From sequence record MN850601.1: 64,000 nt of DNA; one strand, written 5' to 3'. Each line of letters starts with the position of its first letter. Within the stretch, counting starts at the first letter, position 1. Under the pieces are notes generated by a model, which was not told the DNA's origin, ran no database searches, and was given only the letters and a program-made list of their open reading frames with translations. The stretch is from Escherichia phage inny. Both the position numbers and the translations under genes were made by a program. This document shows, piece after piece, positions 1 to 10,717 of the stretch.

Positions 1-2
1 CG

Positions 3-530
3 AAAGGTACAAAAGTAAGTAAGGTTGTTAAAGATTTAGTTAAAGATTTAGGTACTACAGAAGGTAATATTCACGTAGACACAGAGAAAACTTTATCATC
101 TGCAACAGCTATGTGTGGGAACACATCACATTACTTAGAAAGTATCTGTAAAGGTATTGATCACAATGTGTCGATACAAGATGGATCTGTTTACGTAACA
201 CCAAGATCACAAATGTCTAGCGCAAGATGCGCATATATTAGTGCAGAAACAGGTTTAATTGGTAGTCCAGAACCTTTCCACAACGATATTAAACCGACAC
301 AAAAAGTAACTAAATCTTCTAAGAAAGCTAAAAAGCCTACAGATGGTGTTAAGTTCAGATGTGAGATGAACGGTGCTATCCTACCAGAAAAAACTGTTTG
401 GCTCAAGAGCCATAACTACGATGGTGGTTTTAAGGTAGTATCTGTTGTTCATACAGGAGATAGGGAAGGTAAAGACTGGACAACTGAAGTAGAGTCTGTA
501 TCTGTATCTGCAATTATTAAGAAGGGCTAG
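3..530 (+). CDS. structural-module protein, 5' partial (reading frame open to window start; ATG at 111 may be internal)
   Basis: Frame of ORF 111..530 has no stop back to position 3; lies immediately upstream of baseplate genes on same strand. Confidence 0.4.
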   Translation, partial: KGTKVSKVVKDLVKDLGTTEGNIHVDTEKTLSSATAMCGNTSHYLESICKGIDHNVSIQDGSVYVTPRSQMSSARCAYISAETGLIGSPEPFHNDIKPTQKVTKSSKKAKKPTDGVKFRCEMNGAILPEKTVWLKSHNYDGGFKVVSVVHTGDREGKDWTTEVESVSVSAIIKKG

Positions 531-532
531 AA

Positions 533-1270
533 ATGGATGCTTTAAATTTTGTAACAGCAATCCGTGGATTAATCAACGAGCAAGTTGCGGAAGTACATAC
601 ATCTTTACCTGTAAGGGTAATTGGTGTAGATTATGGATCTAAGACAGTAACTTTAGAATCTATCGTAAAAAATACCAGATCTACTGAAGATGAAATAGAT
701 TACCCAACATTCCACGATGTTCCTTTTATGGTAAATGGTGGCGGTACAGGTAGAATTTCATTCCCAATCAAAGCAGGAGATATTGGTGTTGTTGTCTTTT
801 CAGAAAGAGATCCGTCGAATGCTTTCCAGACAGACGGAGATACAGCCAGCAGCGGAACATTAATTCAACCTTGTGGTTTGTATCCAGCCTGTTTTATTCC
901 TAAGATAGCAACAGCTACAGATTCTTCAGAAGAAGTAGACTCTGAAAAAGTTGTTATCTCAAATAATAAGCAAACTTACGCTTCGTTTGATCCTAACGGT
1001 AATATATCTGTGTACAACACACAAGGTATGAAAATAGATATGACACCAAACAGTATCGTTCTTACTGATGCAGGAGGAGGAAAACTTACACTGCAAGGTG
1101 GGACTATGACATATAAAGGTGGTACTGTAAATTTAAACGGTTTAACAATCACACCTGACGGTCGTATGAAAGATAGTGGTGGCATTGGTTTACACACACA
1201 TACACACCCTGTACGCGGTGTTGAAACTGGTGGTAGCACTGTTACTTCCGACAAACCAAATGGAGGTTAA
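533..1270 (+). CDS. baseplate central spike protein (gpV/gp5-like) with His-rich apex motif
   Basis: N-terminal spike-like OB region (VRVIGVDYGS...GDIGVVVF), C-terminal GLHTHTHPV HxH repeat; first of a V-W-J-I style baseplate gene order. Confidence 0.5.
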   Translation: MDALNFVTAIRGLINEQVAEVHTSLPVRVIGVDYGSKTVTLESIVKNTRSTEDEIDYPTFHDVPFMVNGGGTGRISFPIKAGDIGVVVFSERDPSNAFQTDGDTASSGTLIQPCGLYPACFIPKIATATDSSEEVDSEKVVISNNKQTYASFDPNGNISVYNTQGMKIDMTPNSIVLTDAGGGKLTLQGGTMTYKGGTVNLNGLTITPDGRMKDSGGIGLHTHTHPVRGVETGGSTVTSDKPNGG

Positions 1271-1273
1271 CAG

Positions 1274-1909
1274 ATGGGAATACCATTTGATTTAAAACTT
1301 GATGGTTCTAATGATTTAGTGATGGTGGATGGTGATTTAACACTAACCACAACTAAAAGTGAAATTGCATCACAGACGCTTGGAATAACACTTAGAACTT
1401 TCCGTGGAGAATGGTTCCTCAATTCTAATTTTGGGGTTCCATATCTGCAAGAGATTATTGGTGTTGCCAAGAAGAAAGAGATTGTTGATCGCATTTTCTT
1501 ATCAACTATAGCAAGTAATGTTTATATAGATAATATCAATTCCTACACATCCTCTTATGATAGAGATGATAGGTATTACTCAATGAACGTTACTGTTACA
1601 GTTGGTGAACAAGTTGTTAGTGCTCTATTCAGTACACAGCCGTCTGAAGAATATATCTATCCAGAAGCTGGTGATGATAATGCAGCAATCACTTGTGAAG
1701 CATTTGAAATTGTTGAATCTGCAAATAGACTCTATCGCTTTATTAACATTGTTGGTCTTCCTAAAGATACTTATTCTACTTGGTGGAATGAGTGGTCTAA
1801 CGAGGCATTGATTGAAAAATACCTTGTTAACGAAGCCAATAAAGGTCTTGCAACCAATTACAACTATGCTATAACAGCAACAATGGGAGCTACAAATAAT
1901 AATGGCTGA
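1274..1909 (+). CDS. baseplate wedge protein, gp25/GPW-like N-terminal domain
   Basis: TLRTFRGEWFLNSNFGVPYLQEIIG resembles gp25/W family core; 4-nt gap to spike gene. Confidence 0.45.
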   Translation: MGIPFDLKLDGSNDLVMVDGDLTLTTTKSEIASQTLGITLRTFRGEWFLNSNFGVPYLQEIIGVAKKKEIVDRIFLSTIASNVYIDNINSYTSSYDRDDRYYSMNVTVTVGEQVVSALFSTQPSEEYIYPEAGDDNAAITCEAFEIVESANRLYRFINIVGLPKDTYSTWWNEWSNEALIEKYLVNEANKGLATNYNYAITATMGATNNNG

Positions 1910-2375
1910 TTTAACTACAATCAAGGTGACTGATCTACCTGTAACAACATCTGTTTCAGACACAGATTATTTTGTAACAGATCAATCAGGCATCACTAAG
2001 AAAACATCATTACGTGTTCTTCTTGCGGGTGCTGGTGTTACACGAAATCGTCTTTCTGCAAGGGGTACTGTTACAAATACCCTAGCTTTAGATATTAGCA
2101 CGGCAGAGTATTTCTCTGCCACTTTATCTAGTCCAACTTGCAGTATTTCATTTAGTAATGTTCCAGTTACAACTAACATTGTTCAAAACTTTACGCTATC
2201 CCTACGTCAAGGCAGTGGAGCAAATAAAGTAACGTGGCCTCAATCTGTTAAATGGAGTTTTGGTCGCGCTCCTGTTTTGAGTTATAAACAGGGAGCTACA
2301 GATATTTTTGAATTTGTTAGTTATGATAATGGAGCTACCTGGATAGGTAGTTTAGTGATGGCAGGAGTGATTTAA
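1902..2375 (+). CDS. hypothetical structural protein
   Basis: 157 aa ORF, 8-nt overlap with upstream gene, ATGA overlap with downstream gene; inside baseplate block. Confidence 0.4.
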   Translation: MADLTTIKVTDLPVTTSVSDTDYFVTDQSGITKKTSLRVLLAGAGVTRNRLSARGTVTNTLALDISTAEYFSATLSSPTCSISFSNVPVTTNIVQNFTLSLRQGSGANKVTWPQSVKWSFGRAPVLSYKQGATDIFEFVSYDNGATWIGSLVMAGVI

Positions 2376-5251
2376 TGTCAAGAATTAAGCACAGAATTGA
2401 CAATGTTTTTCAACTGATCGATGGACATATTCAGTTCTTAGATCGTAATACAGGTTTAACTGTAGATCCTACAGTGCAACACTATGTATTAAACCCACAA
2501 AACGTTCTAGCTAATAACAGACACTTTATAAACTGGACTGCTCAAGAAGGGCAACCAAACGGGGATGCTACAACAGAAGGTCAATCCGTGCTTATTCTTG
2601 GTTGCGCTTATGCATACCTAGCTTCCGGCGATACAAAGTATTTAGACTCTGCTAAAAAATATTGGCAAGCCTATATAGATTACTTCTTTGGTGGTCAACC
2701 TATCCCAGATCCGCCAGCAAAGTATCGCCCTAACTGGATTATTAACGGTAAAGAACCACGTCTTGCACATTATCCTCTTACAGATGATGGCTACCCTACA
2801 CACGGAGGTTTTAAGGGTAGCTTAATGACGTGGACTAACGGTAGAACAGTTATTCCTCATGGTGCTCCACATTGGGGAGAATACCTTGACAAAGCATGGT
2901 TTGCTTTTAATGGTAATCTAGGATGGAACTCTGTAAACGCTACAGTATATGCTGTTAATGCAGATGGTACAACAGATTGGTCTAAGAAGGGAGATCAATG
3001 GGATGTTGATTGGATCATTGATCGCCTAGGACGTAAAGTTGATTGGGATGGAAATATCTTAGAAGAAGGTTTTCCAACATCTCAATACGGAACAGTTCAA
3101 CTAAAAAATACTTCTGTAAATGGTACATATAAATTTAACTACGCGACTTGTAACCCTGTTGAACACGGTGGTTATTTAATGGAGCGTAACACTATGTGGC
3201 ATAACAGACCAGTTAACGTTCCGGTAGAAATGGGTTTTCAGGATAATGCGTCAGATGCTGAAACTTGGTGGTGTGATGCTAATTACCTGATGTACCAAAT
3301 TACAGGAGAAAGAAAATATTGGCTATGCTGGCAGTCTTCACTGTTAGTGTGTCAAGATTATTCAAACATTGATATGTTTGATAAATTCTTCCGTAAGTCT
3401 ACATATGCAACTATTCCGTTTACAGATGGCATCTCTTACGATTATTCGTATCCATCTACAGCAATACCTAAATATTCAAGAGATACTTTAGGTTATATTG
3501 TTATTAGACAAGATGTTGCTGCTCAAACAACATTAGAACAGCAATCCATTTGGTTTAAAGTTGATCAGAACTCTAAGTTACGAGTTCAGTTCCAAGGTGT
3601 AGATGACGCAGGACATGGTATTCTTTTCCGTCCAGAATTGGAGCTAAGTAAGACCAAAGATGAAAATAACACAGTAACTTACCGTTGTGGCTTACCATTA
3701 GGTACAGCTAATATGACAAGCATGGATATTCCATTATCCAGCTTTATGAGAAGTACCCCTCCAAATGGTGGAACATATATTATCGCAGATCCGCGAATTA
3801 TTGTTGACTGGGGTGACAATACTGTGGTACAATTTAAGTATGTAACAGGTATTACTGGAACTAATGATGACCAGATTGTTACTGCATCAATGGATACGGA
3901 TGGTGGTGTCACTGTTGGTTTTTGGTTAACCCCTACATCAAAAGCTAATGTTAAGTCTATCACATATAGAACATATGAAGATGACTTTAACATGACTATC
4001 ACGGATGCTCAAGGTTGGAGATGGTGGGCTATGCTACCTAAAACGCAAGGAGCATGGAGTACGAAGACTTTATCAGCCTCTGATTTTAAGTTAAGTGCTT
4101 ACCAGCCTAATCATCCAGAAACAGATCCTAAACCTTCAGCAATAAATCTTACTGCTGTAGATCAGGTAAATTTAGTTCTCGATACGGCTCCTGTCAATGG
4201 TTTAACAGGAACAATAGATTTCTATTGTATTAACGATGTGCCTGAAAGATATTCGTCATCTTCTGGTGATGATTATACCATGTACTTCCGTATCACTGTA
4301 CAGGCTTCAAGTCCTCATACTGCTAAGTTAGGTGATTGTACTATTATTGACTATAAGTTAAATAGTCTTAATTACACACCAGGAATAATTCCATTCTCTA
4401 ATATTAGTGACCCAAACACTGCATTGTATGATGGCTGGCGTGGTATTCCATACCCAGGATACCAATACCCTTCCTTATACTGTTTTGCAGGTAGAGATAT
4501 TGATTGGACGCGTTTAAATAACAGTATCAATTTCTTGTATGATTCTCAAATGTGGTTTTATAACACATTCGATCCTGTGATGCCTGGGCCTATGGCACAA
4601 GCGTATGTGTGGGATCGTTGGGATGCAAGAAAATACGGTGAACCAAATACGTTCACAATGAAACACTGGAATGAAAAAGCGTGGGATGGTTATGAAGCTC
4701 GTGCATTCTACTGTGCTTGTCATGCTGTATACGAACTTGTACAAAGAGGAGAAACACCTCCTGAAAAACTAGTAACAGTTTGTAAAAATTGGATCAACTA
4801 TCTTAAATGGTTCCAAGACAATAATGATGGAAGAACACCAACTATCTTTAACCCAGATGGTACAGTTCTTGCGCCTATAGATGACTTTACTAGTCATATG
4901 TCTGCACTGTTTATGGCGGGTTGTTCAATCATGGGCTTGGCAGGTTATGATTCACAAATTCCAAACATTGGTATTGTAGCAGACAGATGTTTTGATCTGA
5001 TTCAGCAAAACTATATTGTGCTTTCCCCTAACCATCCGATGAATGGTTCCTGGAGTGTTGCACCACGCCCAGATTCAGATAACGGAATGTTCTTTGGTTT
5101 CCATGCTGGAGAACTATTACGTGGTTTTGGTTTATATGCCTTGTATCGTAAACTAAACCCTCAAAACGCTTTACCAATTTTGGATAATAGTAACATACCA
5201 ACACTAACTGTTCTAACTATGAATGATATTAGTGTTGATGTAACCAAATAA
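2375..5251 (+). CDS. large baseplate-associated protein, possible (alpha/alpha)6 glycosidase-like domain
   Basis: 958 aa; segment LGCAYAYLASGDTKYLDSAKKYWQ reminiscent of alpha/alpha-toroid glycoside hydrolases; embedded between wedge and J-like genes. Confidence 0.4.
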   Translation: MSRIKHRIDNVFQLIDGHIQFLDRNTGLTVDPTVQHYVLNPQNVLANNRHFINWTAQEGQPNGDATTEGQSVLILGCAYAYLASGDTKYLDSAKKYWQAYIDYFFGGQPIPDPPAKYRPNWIINGKEPRLAHYPLTDDGYPTHGGFKGSLMTWTNGRTVIPHGAPHWGEYLDKAWFAFNGNLGWNSVNATVYAVNADGTTDWSKKGDQWDVDWIIDRLGRKVDWDGNILEEGFPTSQYGTVQLKNTSVNGTYKFNYATCNPVEHGGYLMERNTMWHNRPVNVPVEMGFQDNASDAETWWCDANYLMYQITGERKYWLCWQSSLLVCQDYSNIDMFDKFFRKSTYATIPFTDGISYDYSYPSTAIPKYSRDTLGYIVIRQDVAAQTTLEQQSIWFKVDQNSKLRVQFQGVDDAGHGILFRPELELSKTKDENNTVTYRCGLPLGTANMTSMDIPLSSFMRSTPPNGGTYIIADPRIIVDWGDNTVVQFKYVTGITGTNDDQIVTASMDTDGGVTVGFWLTPTSKANVKSITYRTYEDDFNMTITDAQGWRWWAMLPKTQGAWSTKTLSASDFKLSAYQPNHPETDPKPSAINLTAVDQVNLVLDTAPVNGLTGTIDFYCINDVPERYSSSSGDDYTMYFRITVQASSPHTAKLGDCTIIDYKLNSLNYTPGIIPFSNISDPNTALYDGWRGIPYPGYQYPSLYCFAGRDIDWTRLNNSINFLYDSQMWFYNTFDPVMPGPMAQAYVWDRWDARKYGEPNTFTMKHWNEKAWDGYEARAFYCACHAVYELVQRGETPPEKLVTVCKNWINYLKWFQDNNDGRTPTIFNPDGTVLAPIDDFTSHMSALFMAGCSIMGLAGYDSQIPNIGIVADRCFDLIQQNYIVLSPNHPMNGSWSVAPRPDSDNGMFFGFHAGELLRGFGLYALYRKLNPQNALPILDNSNIPTLTVLTMNDISVDVTK

Positions 5252-5259
5252 GGAAAATA

Positions 5260-7335
5260 ATGAAACAGGCTATTTTTACTGTAACTCGAAATACGAGAGT
5301 AAATGCCAGTTCATTCAGCTATAAGACCGTCGATGGAACGGCGGTCGCTGGTAGAGATTATGTAGCTAAACAGGGAACAGTAACGTTCCCTTCTGATGCA
5401 GATTCTGTTACTGTAGTAGTTGATGTATATGAACGTCCGGCAAACTCTTTAGATCTTTATTTTACTCTTGAGATTACTAGCATAAGTCAAAATAACATGA
5501 TGATCAATGAAGAAATTCGTTGTGTTATTACGACTAATCAATCGAATACAACCCCGCTAACTTGGCCTGTTGTGAAGTCTAGAATGTTTGATCCTAAGTT
5601 TTGGACAATAGATTCTCAAGCAACAGAGAGTTGTTCTATTATCTCTAATGGTGATTCTTTCACAGCAAGAATGGTTAATAGGACAGTGGCTGGTCTTGCT
5701 GGGATTATTTGGTCAACTTACGATAAATATGATCACAAAGGATTAGGCTACCAAGAACATTCTGACTTAAGTAAAGAGAAACTTTGGTTTAAAATGGAAC
5801 TTAGTCAAGGTGTTCCTGGATTAAAAGAAGAAAAATTATTGCCATCCTTAACAGTGACACTGAAGGATGAAACAGTTCATTATGTATCTCTAAACTTTTA
5901 TGCAGAAGAAGTTTCAGAGGACGGTAAAACAGCAATAATCAAATTAGATTTCTCAAATTTAAAATCTGGGCCAGAAAATGATATTGTTGTTGACACTACA
6001 CAGATAGATAACATGTTCTTCTCCTTGATTTCCGCAAGGTATCAAGAAATTGAAGATGTTATACCAGTAGACAATATAGATCTTTCCTTTAAGTTTACCA
6101 TACTAGAGCCTGATACTGGTTACAGTATGATGAATATGGGTAATTTAAATGTTCCGGCGCACACCATAAGAATGTGTACATCTTATGATGATATGTATAA
6201 CCTAACCCCAGAGCGAGTTATTTCTAACACCTATAGATTAGGTTATAGAGATATGATTAACCATTATAATGGTATGTCACACTATTATCAATTTAGTTGG
6301 GATGCTGGATCTAATAAATGGGCTTTGAACAGAACAGAATATTTAAACCCAGCAACAGAAGCCTGGTTTGATAATTTCCACGCTAATGCAAAAGCTATGG
6401 GCTACACAGTAATGAACTCCTTAAGTTTTGAAATTATGAGTACAGTGTGTCCTGTAGAATGGGTACAACATACTTGGAATGATGATCTGGCTGCTACAGG
6501 TTATGAGCCACCAAGTTATGTTTTATCTCCTTCAATTGATGAAGGGATGAATTATTTACAAGGTGTAATAAATAAGATAGCTTCTATATCCGCTGCTAAT
6601 GATCTTCCGGTTATTATTCAGGTTGGTGAACCGTGGTGGTGGTATAACACAGCTACCAATCTACCGTGTATTTATGATTATGCAACCAAAGTTGCATTTA
6701 ATAATGAAACTGGGTTATATGCACAAGATGTTGGTACAGTTAAGAATTATAAAACTGGTACACCATATGATGAATATTATGCATTCCTATCTAAAACATT
6801 AGGACTGCGTGTTGCTAAATTTGCAACAGATACTAAATTAGCCTATCCTGGAGCTAAAGTTACATTATTACCATTTGTGCCATCCATTTTAGGTAATGGT
6901 ATGATGGAGTTTGTTAACTTCCCTAAAGATTATTATATCCCAGAAAACTTTGACTTTTATTGTTCAGAATGTTATGACTGGTTGTTGGAAGGTCAGATGG
7001 AAAGATCTTTCGACGCTATTAAAATACCTAATGAGCAACTAGGTTTTAGTTATGATAAGATACATTATCTTGCAGGGTTTGTTCCAGATGCAACTCTAGC
7101 ACCATTATATGGCTTTGATCCTGAATCAGACTACAGAACATATTTGTGGAAAATGATTATAGGTAATATCGTATTGAACGACCAGAAGTTTGTTGGTTTG
7201 TATCAATACATATGGGCTTATCCACAAATTATGGCAGATTCATTAACTGTTCTTAATTCAAAATCCCAAGTTTTTTATATGGGTAACGTACCTCTGAATG
7301 TCTTTTTACAAGATACAGTATATGTTTCTTCTTAA
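5260..7335 (+). CDS. baseplate-associated protein with N-terminal Calx-beta-like domain
   Basis: 691 aa; N-terminus VDGTAVAGRDYVAKQGTVTFPSDADSVTVVVDVYE matches Calx-beta pattern. Confidence 0.4.
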   Translation: MKQAIFTVTRNTRVNASSFSYKTVDGTAVAGRDYVAKQGTVTFPSDADSVTVVVDVYERPANSLDLYFTLEITSISQNNMMINEEIRCVITTNQSNTTPLTWPVVKSRMFDPKFWTIDSQATESCSIISNGDSFTARMVNRTVAGLAGIIWSTYDKYDHKGLGYQEHSDLSKEKLWFKMELSQGVPGLKEEKLLPSLTVTLKDETVHYVSLNFYAEEVSEDGKTAIIKLDFSNLKSGPENDIVVDTTQIDNMFFSLISARYQEIEDVIPVDNIDLSFKFTILEPDTGYSMMNMGNLNVPAHTIRMCTSYDDMYNLTPERVISNTYRLGYRDMINHYNGMSHYYQFSWDAGSNKWALNRTEYLNPATEAWFDNFHANAKAMGYTVMNSLSFEIMSTVCPVEWVQHTWNDDLAATGYEPPSYVLSPSIDEGMNYLQGVINKIASISAANDLPVIIQVGEPWWWYNTATNLPCIYDYATKVAFNNETGLYAQDVGTVKNYKTGTPYDEYYAFLSKTLGLRVAKFATDTKLAYPGAKVTLLPFVPSILGNGMMEFVNFPKDYYIPENFDFYCSECYDWLLEGQMERSFDAIKIPNEQLGFSYDKIHYLAGFVPDATLAPLYGFDPESDYRTYLWKMIIGNIVLNDQKFVGLYQYIWAYPQIMADSLTVLNSKSQVFYMGNVPLNVFLQDTVYVSS

Positions 7336-7346
7336 GGATCTCTAGT

Positions 7347-7592
7347 ATGAGAAAATTTTTAATAGGTATGTTTTGTACATATCCTGATAATAAAGTCAGT
7401 TCTACTAAAGTTTGGAATGCTATTGGTATGATTGTTATGTCCAGTATGTTTATTTATTTGGGAATTGATAAAGAAATTCCTGAGTGGATGGGCTGGGCTT
7501 TTGTTTTTATGATCACACCATCCAGACTAATGAAGAATTTAATAGATTTACGTTGGGGCAGATCACCTGCCCCTGATAAGGAGGATAACTAA
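7347..7592 (+). CDS. small membrane protein
   Basis: 81 aa, two hydrophobic segments; ATGG/TAATG coupling to downstream J-like gene. Confidence 0.35.
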   Translation: MRKFLIGMFCTYPDNKVSSTKVWNAIGMIVMSSMFIYLGIDKEIPEWMGWAFVFMITPSRLMKNLIDLRWGRSPAPDKEDN

Positions 7593-9079
7593 TGGCAGAT
7601 TATGGTTTAACAGATGCTGGTTTTGTCATTCCAACGTTTGATGATATTTTAAATAATTATATGACAGCATTGAAAAACACTTTTGGTGCAGATACAGCTA
7701 CATCTGAAGATACTGTCTTTGGTCAACTGTTTCGTATTATTGCATATACAGATTACACCCTTTGGGAAGGTATGCAAGGTGTTTACAATACCCAAACCTT
7801 AGATGGTGCAGAAGGTATTTACCTTGATGAAATTTTCTCTAAGAGAGGTTTTTATCGTAAGGCAGCTTCTGCTGGTAGTGGTTATGCTTATGTTAAATCT
7901 AACAATAAGGCAGCTTGGACTTATGAACTAAGCACCGATGTTTATTTTAATGCCGATAACGATTTGACATATTATGTCAGTGCACCAACAATGTTGAATG
8001 CTAAGATTGGAGCATATACCATTTCTAAAGCAAACGCAACAGCTTCTGGTGAAACTTCTATTACTTTCTACATTCAAAGTGCTATTGACGGTGGTCTTAA
8101 CAGTAAAACACTAAGTCCTAGCAATACAAACTTTATTTTAGATCTCACGAATTTCATTAAAGCTAACGTATCAACAACAGATCGTGCTTTAGTATGGAAT
8201 GATGCTAGTAATGTTTACATGGGTTATAATCCAGAAGATAATGTTAACCCAATAGGTCTAGTAACACCAGTGAAATTTTACGCATCTATTGCAATTGGTA
8301 CAAAATGGAGTGAAATTCCAGTTACGTGTTCAGACGTTGGTTATAATCCAGTAGGTACAGAAAGTATTACAGGTATTTCTTCAACGTTTACAGGCTTTTT
8401 AGATACAGGTAACTTCTACCCATTCTCTCCAGGTACGGATGTTGAAACAGATGCAGAATTCCGTTCTCGTTTCAATGATAATATGGATGAAGCTAATGCT
8501 GCTACTCGTGCTGCTATTGTTAAAGCTCTGCTACTGACAGATGGTGTGACAAAGGTTAAGATTTATGATAACCCTACATTACATGATCAGGAACATGCTC
8601 CAGCTATGACATTCCAGACTATTGTGTATGGCGGTACAGCAGAAGAAGTTGCACAGGTTATTTATAATACTAAGCCTATTAACACCTTAACCTATGGTAC
8701 AACAGCAATTACTATTATAACAGAAGACGGCGGTCAAGAAGTAATTCGTTTTTCTCCTGGTGACAATGCTGAATATTCACTTAGACTAGTATATCAAACT
8801 GGCAATGGTAGTGTGTTAAGTACAACAGAAAGAGAAAATATTGTTTCTGCTCTTTCAAATCTACAGGCTTATTTTGAGCTAGGGTCAACAGTAACTAACG
8901 ATCAGATAAAAGGTGTAATTTATTCTGCACTTGCGTTCGGACGCTTGACTTCTCTCCGTGTTTATGTTAAACTTAATACTGAGGATGACAGTAAATATAA
9001 TGAGGGAGATATCACTCCAGCGTACAATGTTGTACCATCCTTTGACCTTGATAATATTTCCTACGAGTACGGAGTCTAA
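7592..9079 (+). CDS. baseplate J-like protein
   Basis: 495 aa; N-terminal GLTDAGFVIPTFDDIL...FGAD...LWEGMQGVY pattern typical of Baseplate_J/gp47 family; followed by I-like gene. Confidence 0.6.
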   Translation: MADYGLTDAGFVIPTFDDILNNYMTALKNTFGADTATSEDTVFGQLFRIIAYTDYTLWEGMQGVYNTQTLDGAEGIYLDEIFSKRGFYRKAASAGSGYAYVKSNNKAAWTYELSTDVYFNADNDLTYYVSAPTMLNAKIGAYTISKANATASGETSITFYIQSAIDGGLNSKTLSPSNTNFILDLTNFIKANVSTTDRALVWNDASNVYMGYNPEDNVNPIGLVTPVKFYASIAIGTKWSEIPVTCSDVGYNPVGTESITGISSTFTGFLDTGNFYPFSPGTDVETDAEFRSRFNDNMDEANAATRAAIVKALLLTDGVTKVKIYDNPTLHDQEHAPAMTFQTIVYGGTAEEVAQVIYNTKPINTLTYGTTAITIITEDGGQEVIRFSPGDNAEYSLRLVYQTGNGSVLSTTERENIVSALSNLQAYFELGSTVTNDQIKGVIYSALAFGRLTSLRVYVKLNTEDDSKYNEGDITPAYNVVPSFDLDNISYEYGV

Positions 9080-9081
9080 AA

Positions 9082-9711
9082 ATGGCAGTGAGTGTTGACC
9101 ATGTGACAACGTGGGATAGTATCAATGAAGATGTTAAAGACCTACTGATTGAAGATTTTAAATCTTCTCCGAACATTGTCAAACTACTCTATATCATTTC
9201 TAGCGAAAAACAAAAGATAGATCAGGCAATGATCTATCTTGCCAAACACCGCTTGATCTCTACTGCAACTGGTAAGTATTTAGATCTTATTGGTGAAGAG
9301 ATGGGGATGGAAAGAAATGGTGCTACAGATGAAGAGTATCGTACAATATTAAAAATCAGGGCTTATCGTGTTGCGTCTTCTGGTACGCGAGATGATATCA
9401 TTGATATGTTCGCTCGTTTTACAGGAACAGAAAAAGAAACGATCAATACATACGTTGGATTAAATAAAACATTCGACGTATTCTTTTATAATTTGTGTCT
9501 ACAATCCGATCAGGCAGTAGCACAGTTACTTAACGTTTTCCCGATCCTAAGTAGTTATCGCTTAGGTGCGAAAGCGGGTTCAGCCTTTGGTTTCACTTCC
9601 TATTATGCCACAACTCCACCTCATGGCATAGGTGGTTTAGGTTCTCTTTACACAGAGGCTGAAGGAGATGATACAGGGCGAATGACTATGCTGATAGCTC
9701 AAATAGAATAA
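9082..9711 (+). CDS. baseplate/tail protein I-like
   Basis: 209 aa; follows J-like gene in canonical order; segment YLDLIGEEMGMERNGATDEEYR resembles gpI-like tail proteins. Confidence 0.5.
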   Translation: MAVSVDHVTTWDSINEDVKDLLIEDFKSSPNIVKLLYIISSEKQKIDQAMIYLAKHRLISTATGKYLDLIGEEMGMERNGATDEEYRTILKIRAYRVASSGTRDDIIDMFARFTGTEKETINTYVGLNKTFDVFFYNLCLQSDQAVAQLLNVFPILSSYRLGAKAGSAFGFTSYYATTPPHGIGGLGSLYTEAEGDDTGRMTMLIAQIE

Positions 9712-9724
9712 GGAGTTACCCTTA

Positions 9725-10705
9725 ATGGCAAAGCCACAATACTACCCTGACTGGGCGACACAAACAGTAACCCTCCCAGGAACGGGAAACACAAACAAGA
9801 TTAGACCAAAAGAAACCATCCGTAATGTTGGTATGGACTTTGGTCAGATTATGACTTGTGAAGAAATGAACTGGATCTTAAACAATATTGGGTCTTGGAT
9901 TCGCTATATGCAAGATGAATTCTTCCCAACATTGCCTACTACATATCTTCCTATAGTCGGTACTAAAATTACAATGGCAGGTGATGCTACAGGTGAAGTT
10001 ACATGGAATGGTAATGCTGCTGTAACATTATCTATTCAAGTAGTAGATAACAGTCATAATCACTTATCAGCTAACATTACAGACGCAACATCGAACCAAG
10101 TTGTAGGAAATGTCCTTGTTAAGCGTGATAATGGTGGTGCTATCTATGCAGGTGATATTTACACTTGTGGTACAGGTGCTACAGATCCTGCAACATTATT
10201 TTTTAGAAACTATAATGGACAAACAGTAGGCAATATGTCTTCTGAACCAGGTGCAGGTGGTCAACTCTATATTTATAGAATAAATCCATCTACTGGAGGA
10301 ACATCTTGTGGAGTCCGTTTGTATGATGCAGGTTATGTTTTAATAGACAATCCTCGTTCTAATTCTGGTCAAGATACTGGCAATGGTAATGCTCTTGTAA
10401 GATTAGATTATCTTAACTCAAGACTAAACTCATTGCAAAGTACACTGCAAAATAATATTAACAACGTTAATAGCAACTTGCAAGGCCAAATTAATAACAT
10501 TAACAACAGAGTTTCTTCTGTTGTGTCTTCTATCCGTCTAGGTACACGTATTAAAGCTGGTGTATCTGAATCTCCTTTCTATGCTGGTCACGTGATCACA
10601 GGTTGGGGTTTTGGTGATAAGAAAGAACTTCGTGGTGCTTGGTATTGGTCTGCTCCGCTACAATATTACATTAATGGTAGCTGGATAACAGTAACCAACG
10701 TTTAG
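9725..10705 (+). CDS. tail fiber protein (short)
   Basis: 326 aa after J/I genes; Asn/Gln-rich coiled segment NNINNVNSNLQGQINNINNR; followed by Tfa-like chaperone gene. Confidence 0.5.
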   Translation: MAKPQYYPDWATQTVTLPGTGNTNKIRPKETIRNVGMDFGQIMTCEEMNWILNNIGSWIRYMQDEFFPTLPTTYLPIVGTKITMAGDATGEVTWNGNAAVTLSIQVVDNSHNHLSANITDATSNQVVGNVLVKRDNGGAIYAGDIYTCGTGATDPATLFFRNYNGQTVGNMSSEPGAGGQLYIYRINPSTGGTSCGVRLYDAGYVLIDNPRSNSGQDTGNGNALVRLDYLNSRLNSLQSTLQNNINNVNSNLQGQINNINNRVSSVVSSIRLGTRIKAGVSESPFYAGHVITGWGFGDKKELRGAWYWSAPLQYYINGSWITVTNV

Positions 10706-10717
10706 TAAGGAGAACAC

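Noticed and set aside
191-406. Short ORFs embedded antisense or out of frame inside larger genes across the window (for example 191..406, 976..1254, 3679..4002, 12631..12870, 22655..22906, 43092..43316)
   Set aside because: Each lies wholly within a longer ORF that has recognisable domains, has no RBS and shows low-complexity or unusual composition; treated as frame noise.
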